In this document: positions 28,577-36,346 of the stretch, in pieces
Numbering within the stretch: the first letter of the stretch is position 1
Layout: each line of letters opens with the position of its first letter
From: a bacterium
GTDB lineage: Bacteria; Bdellovibrionota_C; UBA2361; SZUA-149; JAEUWB01
Length of the DNA stretch: 64,000 bases
NCBI GenBank assembly: GCA_016786595.1
Contig: JAEUWB010000035.1
Span: 3,182 to 67,181, forward strand
Direction: 5' to 3'
Program-made: the position numbers and the translations under genes
Notes under the pieces: generated by a model
The model's database searches: none
What the model was told of the DNA's origin: nothing
The model's input: only the letters and a program-made list of their open reading frames with translations

Positions 28577-30232
28577 CTAAAGTTTCCCTAAAACTTCCTT
28601 TGTCCACTCGGGCGAATCAGGGTCAGTGAAGTAGAGGATATTTCTAAAAACCTCAGGATGGGTGGGTAAGAAATTCATCGTGGTTTTCACGTCTTGGGTA
28701 ACTAAATCAAATTTTTGCAATTGGGAATTAATCACGGCGCGATTAATTAATGAAAAAATATGCAGTGGCCGTGCTTCCAGAATATCAGAAAAGGCCTTGA
28801 GTGCTTGCTCGTTTTCGTTTTTTACCATTAAAAGTGTTGCTAAATTTGTGCGGATTAAAAGGTCTTGGCGCCTAAAGCCGCGCACTAATGATTGTGCAGT
28901 GCGAAAATAGTCAAAAGCTTGATCTGGCTTATTCATGCGTAGCGCACACAATCCCAGTAAATAATGAATCTGGGCCTCATCTTTACATTCAGGCCCATCC
29001 TTCAGGGCATCCTGTAGATTCGTGTATGCCTCCTGCATGCCGCCACGTAACATGACTAAATAGGCAGCTTGGGCACGTACGGCCGGTGCTTCGCTGGCAA
29101 GTAATTTTAAGTCCTCGCTAATTTGGCAGGCTGATTTTAGATCTAGTGCGGCAATTGCCGAAAGTAGTGGTCGCAAGCGATTACGCATTAAGTCGGCGTG
29201 TTCAAGTTTGAGCCAGGGGTGAAATCCCAACTCGGTTTCAAGTAGAATGGCATCAGCTTCGGGCTCAGCTAATTTTTCGATTTCAGTCCAGCGCTCCGTT
29301 CCCCAAATAATTTGATAGGCTTGGGCGTAGGCTTCACGCAGTTGGCAAATCCTTAGGCCTTTTGCTTCTGAAATAGCTAAGACTTCTTCAGGTAGAGCTG
29401 ATCCGGATGTTGCGGCAAGTAAAATAAATCCAAAATCAGACAACTGCTCTTCAGCAACTCGCGCTAAATTTGTGCTAAAGGCGCTAATATGATCTGTGCC
29501 AATACCAACTTCAGCTGCGTATTCGAGAAAGCGGTTAATTGCTCTAGTGTAGGGATAATCTTCTTCAATATATGGAGGCGGAAAAAGTACACCTTCCATG
29601 TAGACTTCTGGGGATTGGCCCACGAGCTCGGCAGGAAAGAGCTTGCCGTAAGTATCGGCGCAGGATTGAGCAATTTTTTTCACAGCTTGCTCTAGGGTTG
29701 GTTGGTAATCGAGAAAGCTTAATTTTTTTTCATTACCTTCACTCTGGGCACATAGTCCTAGAGCTAAACTTGCCGCGAAGAGGTTGATTAGTTGGGAATT
29801 AAAGGCGACGGGACGCAGGGTGTCTCCGATGTAGGGGAAAAGAATTTCGGGACGGCTGAGGCGTTGTGCGATTTTCTCCTGGATATGGACGAAGTATGGT
29901 GTCGGGGATTTGTCGGCAAGATTTTCCAGTGAATTTTGTGCCTCGAGGTAGATGCCGATGCGCTCACTAAATTTAATTAGTCCTTGGTCGGACTTGATGC
30001 CGACTGATTCTAGAATTGGGGCAATGATTGTGCCGAGGTAAGCTGAGATTCCGGTTAGTAATTCGAGGTCTGCGCTAGAATAGTCTTTCTGTCCGCGAAG
30101 TCCCAGGGCGAGGTGATCGACCGTGCCGAGGCTGAACCAGGAGTGATCGAGGTGGAGGAGGGGGAATTTCTGGAAGCGGGTTTGCCAGTAGGCAGCAAAG
30201 TCTTGTGCGATTTTTGAGGTTTGCTCTGTCAC
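28577..30232 (-). CDS. Hypothetical 551 aa protein with TPR-like C-terminus; paralog of 26310-27944
   Basis: See 26310-27944. Convergent orientation with its paralog. Confidence 0.6.
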   Translation of the reverse strand: MTEQTSKIAQDFAAYWQTRFQKFPLLHLDHSWFSLGTVDHLALGLRGQKDYSSADLELLTGISAYLGTIIAPILESVGIKSDQGLIKFSERIGIYLEAQNSLENLADKSPTPYFVHIQEKIAQRLSRPEILFPYIGDTLRPVAFNSQLINLFAASLALGLCAQSEGNEKKLSFLDYQPTLEQAVKKIAQSCADTYGKLFPAELVGQSPEVYMEGVLFPPPYIEEDYPYTRAINRFLEYAAEVGIGTDHISAFSTNLARVAEEQLSDFGFILLAATSGSALPEEVLAISEAKGLRICQLREAYAQAYQIIWGTERWTEIEKLAEPEADAILLETELGFHPWLKLEHADLMRNRLRPLLSAIAALDLKSACQISEDLKLLASEAPAVRAQAAYLVMLRGGMQEAYTNLQDALKDGPECKDEAQIHYLLGLCALRMNKPDQAFDYFRTAQSLVRGFRRQDLLIRTNLATLLMVKNENEQALKAFSDILEARPLHIFSLINRAVINSQLQKFDLVTQDVKTTMNFLPTHPEVFRNILYFTDPDSPEWTKEVLGKL

Positions 30233-30332
30233 GGCAGTAAAAGGCTTATTTGTAAGTTCCTATAATAACTAGCTTTTTCTTATCATACGCTTTCTTTTGG
30301 CCTTGGGCCAGGCCTCTTTTTCTGCGCATCCA

Positions 30333-30423
30333 CAAGTAGGGGGGCTACTTTCTGGAGCAGAGGGGGGCAAGGTACGGGGTTACTTTTTGAGCTTTTAGGC
30401 AAGTAGGGGGGCTACTTTTTGTC
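30333..30423 (+). promoter_or_regulatory. Two direct repeats of CAAGTAGGGGGGCTACTTT(C/T)TG, 67 bp apart, with a related G6 element between them, upstream of the 30560 operon
   Basis: 30333-30355 and 30400-30423 are near-identical. 30361-30391 (AGGGGGGCAAGGTACGGGGTTACTTTTTGAG) is related. Confidence 0.4.
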
Positions 30424-30559
30424 GGAGTTATAGGTCACACCTCCCGCCGATGAATCCATAACAATTCTAGGAAGATAGCCCTCGATCTGGGGCATGCAAT
30501 TGAGAAGTCCTGATAAGTGACTGTAACCGGGGCGAGTCTATCTTCAGAGAGTTTGTAAA

Positions 30560-31663
30560 ATGCAGAAATTCATATTGATATTCTCATGCGTATTGGTGAG
30601 CGGATTTTTACCGGCACATATTGTTGCCGCCGAAGTTTGCACGAGCTTTTTCTGTGACAAGAATTCCGACCCAAACAAACTCGGATCGAAATTAATTGCT
30701 AGCACGCCAGAAGAAAATACTTCTGAAAATAAAGCAGTAGCTAATTCGAGTCCAAAGATCGAAACAACCGAGCAATCCTCTGCAACTCAGATCCAATTTG
30801 TAAATAGCGACCCGAAGTCGCACATCGTTTCCCCCGACAAGGACCCAGCGATTCGTATCAATCCTGAAGCACCTGGACCATTCAAGGCTATGGCTGAGCG
30901 CTTCCAAGCCGGCGATATGCAAACTGCATTTGCATACGCACGCCAATATGCGCGCTATCAGAATCGCCTGATGGCAGACGTTTCCGCATTAACTGCCTTA
31001 ATTGGAAAGGCGATGATTGCCGAAGGAATCATCACTGAAGAGCAATGGTTTGGAGCAGATCAATATTTAAAATACAATTTGGCGAAAGCACGCAAAGACT
31101 CAAACTCCCCGTTGAAAATTACCGAGAAAGATACGCTACCACTGATTAAGTCTGTTTCAGGCGGTGAGATTGAAATCTTTTATTTCTTTACGGTGCAAAG
31201 TGAGCACGCGCGCAGAATGAGTCCGGAAGTAGAGCGTTTGTATCGCATACTTAAAAATGATTCGCGCGTAAAAATGCTGGCTTTGAGTATGATCGATGAA
31301 AAACAAGAAATCATCGATCAATATAAACAATACACTGGGTTGACAATGCCCATCGCTCGCGGTGAAGAAATGTCAAAAGCGATGGGTATCGCCTTTGCTC
31401 CAGCAGTGGTCGTTTTATCCAAAAACGATAAGCGCGGGTACTCACGTTCTGGAGAACAAGGTTTTGAAAGTCTCTACACCTTTGTCAAGACGATTCAAGG
31501 CGAGAAAGTTGATTTAACTGCACTTGAGCAGTCAGGAATTTTATCAACGCCGATTGGAGCTGCAGCGAAATCACGTGAAGACTCAATCCGTGCCCAGTAC
31601 AAATCAGTCAAAGGAAAAGCTCAGCCAGCCAATTCTTCAGCGTCAGGGTTAAGTAGGTTTTAG
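30560..31663 (+). CDS. Secreted thioredoxin-fold protein without CxxC, candidate TraF/TrbB-like (F-type T4SS periplasmic) protein (hypothesis)
   Basis: Signal peptide MQKFILIFSCVLVSGFLPAHIVAA, then a Ser/Thr/Glu-rich linker. C-terminal 150 aa (EIFYFFTVQSEHARRMSPEVERLYRIL...KMLALSMIDE...TGLTMPIARGEEMSKAMGIAFAPAVVVLSKND) resembles the TraF thioredoxin-like fold lacking catalytic cysteines. Confidence 0.4.
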   Translation: MQKFILIFSCVLVSGFLPAHIVAAEVCTSFFCDKNSDPNKLGSKLIASTPEENTSENKAVANSSPKIETTEQSSATQIQFVNSDPKSHIVSPDKDPAIRINPEAPGPFKAMAERFQAGDMQTAFAYARQYARYQNRLMADVSALTALIGKAMIAEGIITEEQWFGADQYLKYNLAKARKDSNSPLKITEKDTLPLIKSVSGGEIEIFYFFTVQSEHARRMSPEVERLYRILKNDSRVKMLALSMIDEKQEIIDQYKQYTGLTMPIARGEEMSKAMGIAFAPAVVVLSKNDKRGYSRSGEQGFESLYTFVKTIQGEKVDLTALEQSGILSTPIGAAAKSREDSIRAQYKSVKGKAQPANSSASGLSRF

Positions 31664-31668
31664 GTGCA

Positions 31669-33537
31669 GTGATGAAACAAGTCAAAAGTTTTAATGGGAA
31701 AAATTTAATGGTGATGAATATGTTAGTAAAAATGTTTTCTCCAAATAAAATTTATACAATTTTAGTTTTGAGTGTGCTGCTTGCAAGTAGCGCGAGTGCG
31801 CAAGATAGTTCTACGGATACGGGCGGCCTTGCTGGCGTTACTGGAGCAACCGGAACGACAGGGCAAGAAAAACAAGATGACCGTGAAACGTTCTGTAAAA
31901 CACTTAGCGCAGAGCGCCGCCGCATTGATCCCTGGTGTTCACCCGAGGCGAAGGCGATGCGTGCTCGTAAAATGGATGAATTCTCCAGTGAAAGTGCCAG
32001 CTTCTTCTATCAAGATACGCAAACTGGTGACAGTAACTATAAAGAGAAAGATTACTATAAGAAGAATAACCTTGCTAAAGATGCTGGAGGTTGGAGCTTC
32101 CAATTAAATGGAATGGTTGGCGACCCGCTAGTCATTCAAAAGCTTCCACTTGAAAAAGAAGCTGGGATTAAGCAAAATGTTATTCCCGCCAATGAGCTTT
32201 ATCGCCAGTTTACTATCCAGGACTTATCTAACGACAATCAAGTTGTTTTGACTTCGATGGCGCAATTTCAGCCACTTTCTGCAATGCGCGCAAGTGCAGT
32301 GGAAAATCAAGAAATTGTTGACCAGCACATGCAATTATTTAGCACTTTGAAAGGTGTTTCTGATCTGACACTTGCATATCTCGATAAAACAGTTGCTTCG
32401 GGTTTAAATGCGGTACAGAACCAAGCTGACGCGCAAGTAACGCAAATGTTATTAAAGCAAATTTCCTGGGCAGCTAATAAGCAAGCTTCTCCTGAATTGT
32501 CACATGCATTCGCCAATACTGAAATGGCGCTGCAGAATTGCATGCAACAGTGTAACGGCGAGTTTGTTCCTGGCGTTTGTGACTACGCAGGCTGCCTAGC
32601 TAAGGTCGAGCAACTGGCAGGCAAGAAGATTGTGGATCCATTTACGCGCAAGGAAATGCCTGACGAAAGTGAATGGTCTTTGGTGCGCAAAGTTTTTGGA
32701 ATTCCACAAGGTATTAAGCTTGCTACGCCTCCACCTGCCGATATCGCGCCACGATTAAAATATGCATGTCGTTTTGCCACACATTTTGGCGATTTGACGA
32801 CTAGAGCAACCGCTGGTGCTACTGGAGGCAACGCACTTAATTACAGCTTTAGGGCTGCAAAGAATGCTCCAGCTGGCGATGAAACAAGAACCACTTGGTA
32901 TATCGACCGCTTCGCACGCAGAATTGAACGAGCAATGGTATGCGCAGTAGAGTGCTACGATAAAAACAAAAATCTTCAAAATTCAGAAGAGGGCATTATC
33001 TGTCAGGCAACAGAAGTATCACGGCCAATATGTATGTATAGTGGGGCAAATGAGGGCTCGAATGTGCAAAACATCGCCTGCGAAAAAATGAATTTCCGCG
33101 TTGCTTTAGAACGCGCTTCGCTAGGCGCGAATGTTACCTTTGCAGATATCATGCATGTTTCATCGATGCCGGAATCAACACGTTGCCGTTTTATCGAAAA
33201 CTTTTCAGGCAACTCTGCAATTGTAGCTTACTCCAAGTACCTACGCACAATGGCTGCGCAAGCAGAAGATATTTTTGTCACGCAGCGCATGGTTCCAGAG
33301 AATGAAAAAGAACTTGTTCGCGGATTAACAACTCGTGCATTCAACAAGATTAACTATGCATTTAATAACATGGCGGCAGAAAGCACGATTAAAACGATGC
33401 TTTTAGAGGCTTGGACGGAATACGACAAGCGTCGCCTTGCTGAGCAAGAAGCTGCAGCAGCCGCAAACCAGTCTGGTCGACTTAATACCGGAACACAGCA
33501 AGGACTTAAAGGTTACGGACGACCAGGTTCTCAATAA
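31669..33537 (+). CDS. Secreted Cys-rich 622 aa protein; TraN-like is a possibility, unverified
   Basis: Signal-like LVLSVLLASSASAQD and about 17 cysteines clustered in the C-terminal two-thirds (CMQQCNGEFVPGVCDYAGC, MVCAVECYDKN, GIICQATEVSRPICMYSG, NIACEKMNF). Size and Cys pattern resemble F-type TraN outer-membrane proteins. Confidence 0.5.
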   Translation: MMKQVKSFNGKNLMVMNMLVKMFSPNKIYTILVLSVLLASSASAQDSSTDTGGLAGVTGATGTTGQEKQDDRETFCKTLSAERRRIDPWCSPEAKAMRARKMDEFSSESASFFYQDTQTGDSNYKEKDYYKKNNLAKDAGGWSFQLNGMVGDPLVIQKLPLEKEAGIKQNVIPANELYRQFTIQDLSNDNQVVLTSMAQFQPLSAMRASAVENQEIVDQHMQLFSTLKGVSDLTLAYLDKTVASGLNAVQNQADAQVTQMLLKQISWAANKQASPELSHAFANTEMALQNCMQQCNGEFVPGVCDYAGCLAKVEQLAGKKIVDPFTRKEMPDESEWSLVRKVFGIPQGIKLATPPPADIAPRLKYACRFATHFGDLTTRATAGATGGNALNYSFRAAKNAPAGDETRTTWYIDRFARRIERAMVCAVECYDKNKNLQNSEEGIICQATEVSRPICMYSGANEGSNVQNIACEKMNFRVALERASLGANVTFADIMHVSSMPESTRCRFIENFSGNSAIVAYSKYLRTMAAQAEDIFVTQRMVPENEKELVRGLTTRAFNKINYAFNNMAAESTIKTMLLEAWTEYDKRRLAEQEAAAAANQSGRLNTGTQQGLKGYGRPGSQ

Positions 33538-33577
33538 CTGGGAGTTATTTGGCACTGAACCAGGTTTTTTCGGGTAG

Positions 33578-36343
33578 ATGGCACAGGATGTAATACAATC
33601 AGCTGGGACATTAATCGCCGCCGCTTTAGAGACGGCAGGATATGTCTCGCAGTCGGAGGTCTTGCATGACTTCCAAGCGCTATTCGATGATTGGGCAGCG
33701 TTACTCTATATGGTTGCTGCTCTTGGCGCGATTGTTTCAGTTGCTATCTACGGAAGCTATCGAGCTGCGCGTTACTTCGTTTTCGGTCCCGCCCTTTTCC
33801 AATTATTTGTTTATTCCGTAACTCCCGCTGAAAATGTGCAATGGGCAATGGGGTCAACCCCAGTTGCTCAAGAAGCAGTGCAGGGGGCATTATCTGGAGA
33901 TCTTGCGACTTATAACGTTACGAGTGACACCAAGGTTTCTTGGGTATTTGATCAATACACAAGGTTTGTCAGTAGTGTAGTCAATAAAATTACCTCGACA
34001 ATTGTTGGAGCAAGCGAGCAGACAAATGCCGAAGGCAAGAATGAGCTTTTATTTCTTACACGCGGTGTAGTTTTGGATCAAATGTTCGCGAGCGACTTAG
34101 TCGATGGTAACTTAGTTGCAGTAGTTCGTAGCTCATTGAATCGAGAGTGCGGAGAGCTTTCAGCCGCATATCTTGGAGTTGCTGATCCGAAGCTGCAATA
34201 TGATTACTTCGAGCATCTTACAAAGAAAGCGAGTGAAATTAGAACTGAAATTGCAGCTGATGCTCCTCCGGAATCAAAGGAAGTTGCGATTGCTCAAGCG
34301 GTTGAGCTTGAAAAGGCCGTGGAGCAAGGAAAGGCAACGCGGGAGCAATACGAGGAGATTATCTGTCGCGCTGAAGAGTATAATGTAAGTCTTAAGGGTG
34401 ACCCGACTTTAAGGGAGTATTTAGTTAAAGATTTAGGCACGACAGATCTTGCGGGGTTTAAGGATCGATATGGACTGCAGCTGAATCCTTTAACTTACAA
34501 AGAAGTTGAAGCCCCTGATTTTACAATGACCTGTGGAGAATTATGGTCGTATATAGCAGCTGGAGTAAAGAAAAACGCAAAATATAGGATCGAAGAAGTG
34601 CTTGCCGAGTACACTGGCCGACCTGGCCAACCGAAGCAAAGAGTTCTGTGCAATGAAATTCGACAAGTCTTTGGAATGTCTCCGCTGCCTTCTGAGCAAA
34701 CGCCACGGGGTCAGCGAACACGTTTACGCTGTGGAAAAGAAGTTCTTGTGCAGGGTGACGTGACCGATCCCGGCGGAAATTCTGTTATCGAAGAATGTAA
34801 TTTAGAAAACGTTTTAGGTGCGATGTTGATTAAGCGCGCAATCGGACAACGTGCACCGTCGCGGTGGCTTCAAGATTTCGGATCAAGAGTGCAATTAGAT
34901 GCTAAGCTTTCAGCAGCGCAAGTTAAGTCTGAACTTGAATCTGCACAGCAAGCAGGAACTCAAATGCCAGAAGTGCTTGAGGTCGAATTCAAAAAAATTG
35001 CTTCTGTAGATGCTTTTAATAACGCTTTCGGTGAGCAGCAGACATATACCTCCTATGGATTAAGACAAGCGATTTTCTCTGCAGCTTTAACCTTTCCATA
35101 TTTTCAGGGAGTAATTTTATATCTACTCTGTATTGTTTTCCCTTTTATGGCAGTGGTTCTTGTTATGCCCGGCAAGGCAGAGTCGATTTTCACTTGGTTC
35201 TTGCTCTGGTTCTGGGTCAAATCTTGGGATATTGGTTTTGCGGTTGCGATGGTTCTGGAGAAAGTGCTTTGGAACTTAATGCCACACTATGATGTTCTCG
35301 AAAAAACATCTCTCACTGCAATTCCTCCGGAAGACATTTTAACACACGCATTATCGGGGGATCCGATATATCATATCAATACCTATTATGCGTTGATGGC
35401 GATGTCGATCATGTCGACACCAGTCTTAATGGGCTTTGGCATTTTAAAAGGTCGTGCCGCGATTCTTTCAAGTTTTACTCATGCAGTAAGTCAAACTGCT
35501 GATGAGTCAAAAGAGTTAGGAGAAGGTCGCTATGCTGTAAAGGTCATGAACATGAACCATGCGGCAATGACAGCATTTAAAAACGCCGCGGGCTTAAGTG
35601 CGCGCAGCCGGGACCTTGCTTATTCGGATCTTGCCCCATGGGGGGAAAGCGGTAGAGGAAAAACTAATGAAAGTAGCGATGGCGGTGCTGTCACAGATCA
35701 TGCACGCCAGAGTGGAATGATTCGTGGCGTTAGCTCTGGTGCTGGAGAGGTGATGAGTAGTATTCCAGGCCTTGCAGGCAAGGCTGGTAATTTTTCAAAA
35801 GGTTCTAAGGCTTCAAAGTTAGATAAGAAAAATGCCAAGCTAGATTCAATTGACTCAGGGCTGGGAATTGCCCAAACGGGCATTGATAAATATCTCAGTA
35901 ACTATAAAAGACTCTATGGCGCTGGCATGAGTCGTGAGTTTCAAGAACAGCATTGGAAAGTGCGACTTTCACATTCAGTTTTTACAATGATTGCGCAATA
36001 TAACTCGATTGATGGCGGCGGTGGCTTTGAGCTTGAGCTTTATGAGGTCAAAGCGCTTTGGTCTAGTCTCTCAAGCGCGTACAAAGAAGATACAGAAACT
36101 TTTGTTGGAGCTGCAGAAGATTTGGGTGGCGGTGCTGTAAAGGGTTTGAGTGGCGGTTTCGATAAGTTAATTGGGGGCAATCAAAAAGCCGGAAATTTTG
36201 GCCCTGTTACGGGTGGGGCGATCAAGGGTTTTGTGCGTAGTGATCTTGCAACGTCACTATATCTCTGGTCGCAAAACGACGAGGGCAATGAATTATCACC
36301 AGTGCCAATGCAAATTGATGTCTGGGAAAAGGAGCGTAAATAG
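33578..36343 (+). CDS. Tandem paralog 1 of 5: large polytopic membrane protein, VirB6/TrbL/TraG-N-like layout (hypothesis)
   Basis: N-terminal AGTLIAAALETAGYVSQSEV helix plus TM (LLYMVAALGAIVSVAIYGSY), about 400 aa Cys-containing soluble region, TM cluster with shared signature PYFQGVILYLLCIVFPFMAVVLVMPGK...WFLLWFWVKSWDIGFAVAMVLEKVLW, and a Gly-rich C-terminal domain. Confidence 0.7.
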   Translation: MAQDVIQSAGTLIAAALETAGYVSQSEVLHDFQALFDDWAALLYMVAALGAIVSVAIYGSYRAARYFVFGPALFQLFVYSVTPAENVQWAMGSTPVAQEAVQGALSGDLATYNVTSDTKVSWVFDQYTRFVSSVVNKITSTIVGASEQTNAEGKNELLFLTRGVVLDQMFASDLVDGNLVAVVRSSLNRECGELSAAYLGVADPKLQYDYFEHLTKKASEIRTEIAADAPPESKEVAIAQAVELEKAVEQGKATREQYEEIICRAEEYNVSLKGDPTLREYLVKDLGTTDLAGFKDRYGLQLNPLTYKEVEAPDFTMTCGELWSYIAAGVKKNAKYRIEEVLAEYTGRPGQPKQRVLCNEIRQVFGMSPLPSEQTPRGQRTRLRCGKEVLVQGDVTDPGGNSVIEECNLENVLGAMLIKRAIGQRAPSRWLQDFGSRVQLDAKLSAAQVKSELESAQQAGTQMPEVLEVEFKKIASVDAFNNAFGEQQTYTSYGLRQAIFSAALTFPYFQGVILYLLCIVFPFMAVVLVMPGKAESIFTWFLLWFWVKSWDIGFAVAMVLEKVLWNLMPHYDVLEKTSLTAIPPEDILTHALSGDPIYHINTYYALMAMSIMSTPVLMGFGILKGRAAILSSFTHAVSQTADESKELGEGRYAVKVMNMNHAAMTAFKNAAGLSARSRDLAYSDLAPWGESGRGKTNESSDGGAVTDHARQSGMIRGVSSGAGEVMSSIPGLAGKAGNFSKGSKASKLDKKNAKLDSIDSGLGIAQTGIDKYLSNYKRLYGAGMSREFQEQHWKVRLSHSVFTMIAQYNSIDGGGGFELELYEVKALWSSLSSAYKEDTETFVGAAEDLGGGAVKGLSGGFDKLIGGNQKAGNFGPVTGGAIKGFVRSDLATSLYLWSQNDEGNELSPVPMQIDVWEKERK

Positions 36344-36346
36344 CTT

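Noticed and set aside
30331-30423. Possible short CRISPR-like repeats (GTAGGGGGGCTACTTT)
   Set aside because: Only two full copies plus one degenerate copy, irregular spacing, located in a promoter region. Interpreted as operator-like direct repeats instead.
31772-33212. Internal and antisense ORFs within the Cys-rich secreted protein gene (31772-32107, 32307-32543, 32583-32831, 32755-32979, 33003-33212)
   Set aside because: Overlap a continuous 622 aa frame with a signal peptide. No independent support.
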